Origin: a candidate division WOR-3 bacterium
GTDB lineage: Bacteria; SDB-A
DNA: 41,995 nt
Assembly (NCBI GenBank): GCA_016934535.1
Contig: JAFGSQ010000007.1
Coordinates: 62,001-103,995, forward strand
Reading direction: 5' to 3'
Shown: positions 1 to 7,596 of the stretch, in pieces
Position numbering within the stretch: the stretch's first letter is position 1
Layout: every line of letters begins with the position of its first letter
Position numbers and translations under genes: made by a program
Notes under the pieces: model-generated
What the model was told of the DNA's origin: nothing
The model's database searches: none
The model's input: only the letters and a program-made list of their open reading frames with translations

Positions 1-693
1 CCTGATGAATACAAAAACAAAAAAGACGCGTATGTTGATCTGGTTGCAGAAAAGATGATACCGCAGATTTCTCAAAATAGGTTGGCAAAATACTGCGACG
101 TATTCTGTGAAAAAGGCGCTTTTAGTGTTTCAGACGCTCGAAAGATAGCCGAATCGGCGGTCGGAAACGGTCTCAGAATGAAATTTCATTCTGAACAGTT
201 TACGAGATCCGGAACTACGGATCTCGCCGTCGAATTTGGCGCTTCGTCTGTGGATCACTGCATTGAAATGAATGAGCAAGACATTGAAAAACTGTCGAAA
301 ACGGATACTGTCATGATATTACTTCCCGGCAGCGAGCTGGTTTTGAATCAGAATAAATTCGCACCCGCGAGAAAGGCGATCGAAGGGAACTGTGTGGTAG
401 CACTTGCAACGGATTTCAATCCCGGGAGCTGCCCCATTCAATCCCTCTGGTTGATAGGAAGTCTTGCGGTTTTAAAAATGGCAATGTCGTTCGAAGAGGT
501 CCTCAACTCGATAACTGTCAACGCAGCATATTCTGCAGGAATACAAAACAGGGCAGGAATGTTGAAAGAAGGATTACAGGCAGACATAATATTCGTAGAA
601 GCACCGTATTTGAATGAACTTTTTTATTTTGTCGGCAGTAATCCGGTTAAAATCGTTGTCAAAAACGGAAAGGTCATCAGATCGGTATTATGA
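1..693 (+). CDS. hutI: Imidazolonepropionase (5'-truncated by window edge)
   Basis: Frame is open from base 1 (PDEYKNKKDAYVDLVAEKM...). HutI amidohydrolase motifs: DVFCEKGAF, KFHSEQF, SVDHC, LLPG, ALATDFNPGSCP, TVNAA, GMLKEGLQAD. Confidence 0.92.
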   Translation, partial: PDEYKNKKDAYVDLVAEKMIPQISQNRLAKYCDVFCEKGAFSVSDARKIAESAVGNGLRMKFHSEQFTRSGTTDLAVEFGASSVDHCIEMNEQDIEKLSKTDTVMILLPGSELVLNQNKFAPARKAIEGNCVVALATDFNPGSCPIQSLWLIGSLAVLKMAMSFEEVLNSITVNAAYSAGIQNRAGMLKEGLQADIIFVEAPYLNELFYFVGSNPVKIVVKNGKVIRSVL

Positions 694-2234
694 AAAAAGA
701 AGAAGTCGAAATATTTAAAAAGCTTTTCGAAACCGGGAAATGGGAAGAAGCTCTCAGGTTCAGCGAAAAAATGCAGGAAGAAGACATCTCCTTGGAATTC
801 AGATCTGTAATTTATTTCAACACCGGTCAGAAAAAAAGAGGCGAAGACATATCGTCAGAACTCATAAAGGAATACATAAAAAAACATGATTTTTTCGAGT
901 GTCTAGCATTTATGGAGCTGATGAGGGTGTTTTCGAAAAAGAACTACAGAAATTATTTCAAGGTTCAAAACAGGATTTCGATACAAGCCAAGTTCTGGTC
1001 AGGATTGTTCGATGTCATTAGGGATGTTTTTATAACATACGGTTCCGACGCCGAAAGCGTCGTTCTGTACATAGAATCCCTGAAACAGTATGTCAAGCAG
1101 AATACAGAAGTACTTAAAATGCTTGAAGATATTATCACCATAGTTAAAACCAAGAAAGTGATAGAAACTGTTTCAGCCAAAGACGTAGCCCAGGGACTCG
1201 ATTTTTCTGTGCCGAAATATCTCGAAAAGATAGGTTCAAATGAGAACGCCGCTTATTCTTACATAAAATTAGCAAAAAAAGCAGTCGAACTCAGAAGATT
1301 CGACGAGTTAAAGAACTCCATAGAATCACTCGAAAGACTCGGCTACGGAGGACTTATCGAAGTCAAAGAATTGAAAAAAACTTTAGACAACGGTCATAAA
1401 ACTGATTTTTCGGGCAGTACAGGCAAAAGCATTTCTGAAACTGTTATAAATTTCATTGACGGCATATACGACAGTATTCCCGTTGAAGCTCCCGAAAACC
1501 ACGTAAAACTCGCGCAGTCCCTGTTTAAAAGAGCTCTTTACGAGCAAACTAAGAACGAATATCTTCTTTCAGTCCTGACATATTCCGTAGGACAGAGAAA
1601 GACCTATATCGAGAATCTTTTTTCAGAACTGTCAAATCTGGACATAGACTGGGCCAACGAGGTCATGGACTTTTTTCTCAGTTCCGGCAGGATAAATCAA
1701 AGTGAAATAAAATCAATAAAGGTGCGCAAACCTATTTCGACTGATCAGGATGTTCTCGATCTTACAAGGGAGATTATGACGACAATGGAGAAAACGGATC
1801 TTTTTTCAGAAACCAGAAATCCAGACGAATCGAAAACAACCATCGGATTATATACCAAAAACGAAAGCGCTCCTCACTCGATCACCCCGAGCACAGACAT
1901 GAATCAAGTGTCAGATGATTTCATACAAAAAACGAACGCATCCTTGGCTATAACTGAGGATACTCCGGAAATAAAAAATATTCCTGCACTTGAACCTCAT
2001 GCAGACAAAGCCGATCAGATCAATGAACCGGTTAAGCATGATACAGGGACAAAAGAGAATATGCAGGATGACAATGTCAAGATCGAGAAGGATGATTCCA
2101 TTCCGAGCACATATCAACAGAAACTCAATGAAACGCCCGGGAAAGAATTTCCGGGATTTTCTGTTCCGGACTCAAAGGTTATTGAAAATCCTTTTTCTGA
2201 CGAGGAACCGGAAGGAAACATTGATTTTTTGTAA
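690..2234 (+). CDS. Hypothetical helical/TPR-like protein with disordered acidic C-terminus
   Basis: 514-aa ORF; ATGA overlap with hutI stop. Central segment aligns by eye with the C-terminal TPR region of the 3079..5436 protein. Last ~130 aa are rich in D/E/P/S/T/N. Confidence 0.75.
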   Translation: MKKEEVEIFKKLFETGKWEEALRFSEKMQEEDISLEFRSVIYFNTGQKKRGEDISSELIKEYIKKHDFFECLAFMELMRVFSKKNYRNYFKVQNRISIQAKFWSGLFDVIRDVFITYGSDAESVVLYIESLKQYVKQNTEVLKMLEDIITIVKTKKVIETVSAKDVAQGLDFSVPKYLEKIGSNENAAYSYIKLAKKAVELRRFDELKNSIESLERLGYGGLIEVKELKKTLDNGHKTDFSGSTGKSISETVINFIDGIYDSIPVEAPENHVKLAQSLFKRALYEQTKNEYLLSVLTYSVGQRKTYIENLFSELSNLDIDWANEVMDFFLSSGRINQSEIKSIKVRKPISTDQDVLDLTREIMTTMEKTDLFSETRNPDESKTTIGLYTKNESAPHSITPSTDMNQVSDDFIQKTNASLAITEDTPEIKNIPALEPHADKADQINEPVKHDTGTKENMQDDNVKIEKDDSIPSTYQQKLNETPGKEFPGFSVPDSKVIENPFSDEEPEGNIDFL

Positions 2235-2248
2235 TGACAGGAGAATAT

Positions 2249-3079
2249 ATGCACTACAGGGATTTTTACGGGCTTAAAGAAGATCCTTTCAACAATGTTC
2301 CGGATCTCAGATTTTTCTATCCGGGCAATGAATACACAAGGATCTATTCTCGCCTTTTGAGGATAGCAAAGGACAGGAAGGGGCTCGGAGTGCTCACGGG
2401 AGGAGTGGGATCCGGAAAGACGACTATGGCGAGACATCTTCTGCATCTTCTGAGAAGCGATAAAAATCTTCAATCAGGACTTCTGGTGCTGATGCACAGC
2501 GAATTCGAACCGGGTTGGCTTGTAAAAAGGATCGCCGGTCTTCTCGGAATGAGAGAAATTCCCGATGACAAGACAGAAGCTCTTGCCCTCGTGACAAAAA
2601 GACTGCTGCTTTTCGATAACGAAGACAAACACACCGTCATTCTCATTGACGAAGCCAATAAAATGACCAATCCGGATCAACTTGAGGAAATCAGAGGATT
2701 TTTAAACCTTGAAAGAGGCAACAGAAGGATTATGACATTTGTCCTTTTCGGAACGCCTGACTTTTTACATCATTTTGAAAAAAATGAATCTCTCGCTCAA
2801 AGAGCGGCTTTGAGACTTGTGATTAACGCCATGGATTTTCAATCGACAGTGAAATATATTCAGCACAGATTCGTCACTGCGGGAGGGGATCCTTTTATAT
2901 TTACTCAGAACGCCTACTCTCTGATATTCAAATATTCAAAAGGCAGTCCCAGAACTACAAACTCACTATGTGACAATCTTCTCTTTGAAGGGGCTCTCGT
3001 CAACCAAAAACCCATCTCAGAAAATCTTGTCGCCGAAGTGGCAGAGATGCTTGGTTTCAGAAAAGGAGACGCTTTTTAA
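2249..3079 (+). CDS. ExeA/GspA-family AAA+ ATPase (cytoplasmic, no C-terminal peptidoglycan-binding domain)
   Basis: N-terminal YxxFYGLKEDPF, Walker A GGVGSGKTT, Walker B VILIDEA, FVLFGTP, YIQHR, GSPRTTNSLCD. ATG 2249 is preceded by AGGAGA; alternative start 2234. Confidence 0.88.
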   Translation: MHYRDFYGLKEDPFNNVPDLRFFYPGNEYTRIYSRLLRIAKDRKGLGVLTGGVGSGKTTMARHLLHLLRSDKNLQSGLLVLMHSEFEPGWLVKRIAGLLGMREIPDDKTEALALVTKRLLLFDNEDKHTVILIDEANKMTNPDQLEEIRGFLNLERGNRRIMTFVLFGTPDFLHHFEKNESLAQRAALRLVINAMDFQSTVKYIQHRFVTAGGDPFIFTQNAYSLIFKYSKGSPRTTNSLCDNLLFEGALVNQKPISENLVAEVAEMLGFRKGDAF

Positions 3080-5436
3080 TGCCACTGTCTCAAAACGAAA
3101 AAAGGATTTTGAAACAAGCGGCGGATTATACACGCCTCAAACGATACGACGAAGCAATTGTTATATGCAAGAAACTTCTCGAAATAAACGATGATCCCGA
3201 AGTTCACAAGCAACTTGGCGATTTGTTCGAAAGAACTAACAGAATCGAAGATGCAAAAGAACATTTTTTACTGTCGGCGAAACTCTACGAAAAACTTGAC
3301 ATGCTGAGGGAAGCTCTGGGTATATACACCAGATTGTCGACGAGAATAATGAAAGGCGAAGAGGAGGAACTGGGTTTCGACAAAGCTCAACTTTACCTCA
3401 AACAGAATATGATTGCGGAAGCCATAAAAGAATTGACTTCTTACGGTTTCCGGAAAATCGAACAGAATGACCTACACGAGGCTTTCAAATCTTTTGACAA
3501 AGTCGTCGAACTTGAACCCATGAACATGAAAATCAGGGCTAAGTATTCGGACCTTCTGGAACAAAAAGGGCAATACCAAAAAGTTGTTGAAAATTACGAA
3601 TTCATGAAGAAATATTTTCAAAAAGAAAATGAAGTAAAAGCCGTTAAAGAAATTGAAAAAAAGATCGAAGCCATGAAGTCAAAAATGACAACAGTAATAA
3701 CCGGCGAAAGAAAAGAAGAAAAGAGAGAGGCGGGAGAAGAGCGGGGGGATTTCGGGTTCATGCTCGGCGAATTTGTCACGGAAGAAATTGAAAAGGCTAA
3801 AGAAACAGCCGACAATGAGGAAATTGCCTCTACGATAACACAGAATTTTTATGATGATTTTCCTGTCGCACAAAAGGAATCCGAGGCCGTAGCGAACCCT
3901 TACGTAGAAATAAAACTTGAGGACTCCCAACTGGCTCCTCTTCCCACCTTGTCGAAAATCGGAGAAGGGATAGAAATTATTGAAGTTGAATTTGAAAGAG
4001 AAGAAAAAGATATAAAAGCAAAACCTGTAAAGGAAATTGAACTGGACATAAGCGACATAAAAATTGACCGGGGTTTGTCACTTGAAGACATATTCGAAAC
4101 AAAGAAAGCTCAAAAGACGAAAGAAAACGGTAAAGTCGTTCCCGTGGAACGGATTTTTGCCGCGTCTGAACCAGCACCCAGACAGACGGACGATTTTTTT
4201 GAACTGATGGAAGACAATACCGAAGAAGCTAAATCAGAATTTGCCGAATCGGCTGATACTACCCAGGATTTGCTATCAGGCCTGGATCTGGACGAACTTA
4301 TCAGGGAGATAAAAGATGTCAAAGCGGGGGATCATGTGTTTGTTCAGGACAGCCTCCAGAGAATCGAAGTTAATGAAAAAGTAAAGAGAAGAGAAGACAC
4401 AGTAGCGATGTCTTCTCTCGATCAGTCCTTGTCACTTGATTCGCTTCTTGAAGGAGGTGTCGATTCTTGGAACAATCTGGCTGCGGAGCTGGCAAAAGAT
4501 ATGCTCGAAAGCAAGGGGATAGGAGATCTCAAAGAAACTCAGAACAAAATGCTCACCGAAAGATCAACGTGGGAAGAGTTTGAAGAACAAGCAGACCTTT
4601 TGCTTTCAGTCGGTGAAGTCGAAGAAGCTGTAGATTATCTGTATCAGGCTTCCGAAGCATATTACGATGAGAACCAGCTCGAAAAAGCCTGGATACTTTA
4701 TGATAAAATAGTCGATCTCAGGCCTTTTGAACTGAGACCTAGACAAAAAATGGTTCAAATTGCCCTGAAAATGGATGATAAAGAAAAAGCAGTCAAAGCC
4801 TATATTTCCCTTTACGATTGTCAAAAACTGAGGGGAGCGTTTGTTGACGCTGAAGAAACAATGAAGAAACTTAGAAAAATCGCACCGGATAATCCCGGCG
4901 TCATATCGAGAGATGTATCGAAACCTGTTGAAGCAGAGCCTTACCATCAATCCCTGGACTTGAGCGAGTTGCTCGAACACGAACATGCAAAAAGCAGAAT
5001 GAGTGCAGACAGCGTGGGAACGCTGATTGACGAATTCAAAGAAGAGGTTTATCAAAGCATTAGCTCTTCTGAAAGGGAAAACTTCGACGCTCATTACGAT
5101 CTCGGAATTACATTCAAGGAGATGGGTTTGATCGAAGAAGCCATGGAAGAATTCAACACAGCAACAAAATCAAAAAAATCCTACGTTAAATCCATTGAAA
5201 TGATAGCCAATTGCCTTCTCGAACTCGACAAGAAACACGCCGCTGTCAGGCAACTCGAGGAAGTGATTTCAAGAAACGAGTTTAATGAAAATGAACTTGT
5301 CGGAATAAGGTATCTTCTCGGAAGTTTATACGAAGAAAACGGAGAGGAAGAAAAAGCGAAGCATCAGTATTTCCAAGTGATGAAAGTTTATCCGGATTTT
5401 TCTGACATAAAGGACAGGATAAAAAAATATAAATAA
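3079..5436 (+). CDS. Large tetratricopeptide-repeat protein (N- and C-terminal TPR blocks, long acidic linker; SgmX/AgmK-like C-terminus)
   Basis: TPR-pattern helices (VHKQLGDLFERTNRIEDAKEHF; HYDLGITFKEMGLIEEAMEEF; RYLLGSLYEENGEEEKAKHQY). TAATG overlap with the ATPase stop. Confidence 0.85.
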   Translation: MPLSQNEKRILKQAADYTRLKRYDEAIVICKKLLEINDDPEVHKQLGDLFERTNRIEDAKEHFLLSAKLYEKLDMLREALGIYTRLSTRIMKGEEEELGFDKAQLYLKQNMIAEAIKELTSYGFRKIEQNDLHEAFKSFDKVVELEPMNMKIRAKYSDLLEQKGQYQKVVENYEFMKKYFQKENEVKAVKEIEKKIEAMKSKMTTVITGERKEEKREAGEERGDFGFMLGEFVTEEIEKAKETADNEEIASTITQNFYDDFPVAQKESEAVANPYVEIKLEDSQLAPLPTLSKIGEGIEIIEVEFEREEKDIKAKPVKEIELDISDIKIDRGLSLEDIFETKKAQKTKENGKVVPVERIFAASEPAPRQTDDFFELMEDNTEEAKSEFAESADTTQDLLSGLDLDELIREIKDVKAGDHVFVQDSLQRIEVNEKVKRREDTVAMSSLDQSLSLDSLLEGGVDSWNNLAAELAKDMLESKGIGDLKETQNKMLTERSTWEEFEEQADLLLSVGEVEEAVDYLYQASEAYYDENQLEKAWILYDKIVDLRPFELRPRQKMVQIALKMDDKEKAVKAYISLYDCQKLRGAFVDAEETMKKLRKIAPDNPGVISRDVSKPVEAEPYHQSLDLSELLEHEHAKSRMSADSVGTLIDEFKEEVYQSISSSERENFDAHYDLGITFKEMGLIEEAMEEFNTATKSKKSYVKSIEMIANCLLELDKKHAAVRQLEEVISRNEFNENELVGIRYLLGSLYEENGEEEKAKHQYFQVMKVYPDFSDIKDRIKKYK

Positions 5437-5446
5437 TCGGTCGGCG

Positions 5447-6703
5447 TTATTCTTTTCTTACATTTATTTTCCGCCTTTTCCCGTTCCAAAAAGCAATTCT
5501 TTTTTTTATTTCACTTTCAAAACCTCTGTCCGAAGGATTGTAAAATGAAAGTTGGGAAACTTTCGGAGGAAGAGTCACTTGTCCCGAGAAGGCGTCCGGG
5601 AAATCGTGGTCGTATTTGTAATCTTTGCCGTGGCCAGATTCTTCAGCCAGTTTTGTCGGTGCGTTTCGGAGATGCAAAGGAACCGGAAGATTTCCCGTCT
5701 TTTTGATCGTAGAGTTAACACGGCTCCATGCAGAATAAAGAGCATTTGACTTTGGCGCAGTAGAAAGATAAACAGCGGCTTCAACCAGAGCAAGTTCTGC
5801 TTCCGGCATACCTACGTAATCGAACGCGAGACGGGCTTGAACGGCTACCGTCAGTGCGTTGGGATCAGCCATACCTATGTCTTCCGAAGCTATACGTATC
5901 ATTCTCCTCAAGATGTATAGAGGATCGGTTCCGGATAGTATCATCCTCGCAAGATAATACAATGATCCCTGGGGATCGCTGGATCGCACGCTCTTGTGGA
6001 AAGCACTTATCATGTCGTAAAAATAATCCCCTCTTTTGTCGAAAAGAAGAATCTTTTCAAGTCTTTTCTCGATTTCTGTCTCGCGGTTGTCTTCCGAAAG
6101 AACTGATTCGAGCAGATTAATCGCTCTTCTCGCGTCGCCTTCCGATGCGTCGGAAATTTTTAAAAGGATTTTGTCGGATAAAAATTGCCCGGCAGTCATT
6201 TTAACGGCTCTTTTTAGTATTTTCATAACTTCTTCTTCAGACAGGGGAGTGAAAATGAAAAGCCGGACTCTTGAAAGCAGGGGCGGATTGATGTAAAAGG
6301 AAGGATTCTCGGTCGTGGAGCCTATTAAAGTGACTGTGCCCGATTCCACGAAAGGTAGGAGAACGTCCTGTTGTGATTTTGAAAATCTGTGAATTTCATC
6401 GAGAAAAAGAAAAGATTGTCCGAATATCCCTGAAACACCAGAACAAGCGATTTCCCTGATTCTGTTTACTCCAATCAGAACAGCGCTTTCAGTGTAAAAT
6501 GGGACGTTCGGATTCGACACTGATATCAGTTTTGCCAAAGTGGTTTTCCCTGATCCCGGCGGTCCCCAAAAAATCATTGAAGGAAATTTATTCTTTTTGA
6601 AACATGAATTAAGCTCAGCTCCTTCGGACAATATGTGATTTTGACCAAAAAAATCCGAAAGGCTTTTAGGTCTTATTTTTTCTGCGAGCGGGGTGTTGTC
6701 CAT
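5447..6703 (-). CDS. rarA: Replication-associated recombination protein A (MgsA/RarA AAA+ ATPase)
   Basis: PLAEKIRP, Walker A GPPGSGKTT, Walker B FLDEIHRF, STTENP, ISAFHKSVRSSD, ASEDIG, VPLHLRNAPT. Confidence 0.95.
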   Translation of the reverse strand: MDNTPLAEKIRPKSLSDFFGQNHILSEGAELNSCFKKNKFPSMIFWGPPGSGKTTLAKLISVSNPNVPFYTESAVLIGVNRIREIACSGVSGIFGQSFLFLDEIHRFSKSQQDVLLPFVESGTVTLIGSTTENPSFYINPPLLSRVRLFIFTPLSEEEVMKILKRAVKMTAGQFLSDKILLKISDASEGDARRAINLLESVLSEDNRETEIEKRLEKILLFDKRGDYFYDMISAFHKSVRSSDPQGSLYYLARMILSGTDPLYILRRMIRIASEDIGMADPNALTVAVQARLAFDYVGMPEAELALVEAAVYLSTAPKSNALYSAWSRVNSTIKKTGNLPVPLHLRNAPTKLAEESGHGKDYKYDHDFPDAFSGQVTLPPKVSQLSFYNPSDRGFESEIKKRIAFWNGKRRKINVRKE

Positions 6704-6808
6704 ATTTTTACTAAAGAATATATTATATTTGAATTATTTGGAACAGAATTTTTCGATTACCTTTAACAAGTATTATAAGGTGTTAATTCTACATATAAAA
6801 AATAATAC

Positions 6809-6837
6809 TTGACAATTTTACGCATGTTTATTTTAAT
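6809..6837 (+). promoter_or_regulatory. Sigma70-type promoter of the dcw operon
   Basis: TTGACA (6809-6814), 17-bp spacer, TTTAAT (6832-6837), in the AT-rich rarA/mraZ intergenic region. Confidence 0.75.
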
Positions 6838-6840
6838 AAC

Positions 6841-6880
6841 AAGTGGGACAAAATGGGTAAAAAGGGGTAAAAATGGGTTT
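6841..6880 (+). promoter_or_regulatory. MraZ-binding direct repeats (4 x TGGG-like boxes, 10-bp period)
   Basis: aaGTGGGaca aaATGGGtaa aaAGGGGtaa aaATGGGttt, immediately upstream of and overlapping the mraZ start. Matches the known MraZ operator architecture. Confidence 0.85.
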
Positions 6881-7301
6881 TTATGGAACGCACAAATGCA
6901 CAATAGACGATAAAGGCCGTTTTTTCCTGCCTGTCAGATACCGGAAAGATCTCAATGAAAACAAAATGTTCTTGACGAGGGGATTTGACCGTTGCCTAAA
7001 CCTTTACACGGTCCAGGACTGGGAGGAATTCGAAAAAAAACTTCTTGGTCTTCCCGCCAGTAAAAATGATGTACGCAATGTCCTGCGGTATTTCATTGGA
7101 TCAGGCGATTATATGGACATAGACGGTAAAGGCAGAATGAAGATACCTGCCGAACTTTTATCTTTTGCAGATATCAAGAGAGAGATGACTGCGGTAGGAA
7201 GAGGGAATGTTATCGAGATTTGGTCTCATGCAAACTATATGCCCGTCATGGAAAAAATAGACAAAAATATTGTTGACTATTTTGAAAGCCTGGGAATTTG
7301 A
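6873..7301 (+). CDS. mraZ: Division/cell wall cluster transcriptional repressor MraZ
   Basis: Two DxKGR motifs (IDDKGRFFLP, IDGKGRMKIP), TRGFDRCL, IEIW; first gene of the dcw cluster. Confidence 0.95.
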   Translation: MGFYGTHKCTIDDKGRFFLPVRYRKDLNENKMFLTRGFDRCLNLYTVQDWEEFEKKLLGLPASKNDVRNVLRYFIGSGDYMDIDGKGRMKIPAELLSFADIKREMTAVGRGNVIEIWSHANYMPVMEKIDKNIVDYFESLGI

Positions 7302-7302
7302 A

Positions 7303-7596
7303 GTGAGAAAAAGAATAACCAGGAAAGTCGTACACATATCCGGAGGTTTTGATCCTTTCAACAAGCCTTCTCAGATGAACAAACTCGAGAGATTGATTCA
7401 GGGAGACGAATACGAAATAGTCATAGATCTGGAAAATCTGGATTACATGCATTTTCAAACCGGAGTACTCCTTGAAACCCTCAAGACAAAACTGAGATCG
7501 AAAGGGAAGAAATTGAGGTTGAAAAATGTCAACGATTATTTTCTTACGGTCCTGAATTTATCCGGTTATAACTGGACTTCGGACCTGACAAAATGA
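7303..7596 (+). CDS. STAS-domain (anti-sigma-factor antagonist/MlaB-like) protein
   Basis: Pattern ISGGFD...IVIDLENLDYM...LKTKLRSKGKKLRLKNVN...VLNLSG is typical of STAS folds. GTG start 1 nt after the mraZ stop; ATGA overlap with rsmH. Confidence 0.75.
   Translation: MRKRITRKVVHISGGFDPFNKPSQMNKLERLIQGDEYEIVIDLENLDYMHFQTGVLLETLKTKLRSKGKKLRLKNVNDYFLTVLNLSGYNWTSDLTK

Noticed and set aside
2249-3079. ExeA-like ATPase as evidence of a T2SS/MSHA locus or a transposon (TniB/IS-associated)
   Set aside because: No secretin, pilin, transposase, integrase or terminal repeats are seen in the window.
3618-5094. Antisense ORFs within the TPR gene (up to 162 aa)
   Set aside because: Shadow ORFs of a purine-rich coding strand; no RBS or recognisable domain.
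6841-6880. 10-bp periodic repeats as iterons or a mini-CRISPR
   Set aside because: Fully explained as MraZ boxes; no spacers, cas genes or rep gene.
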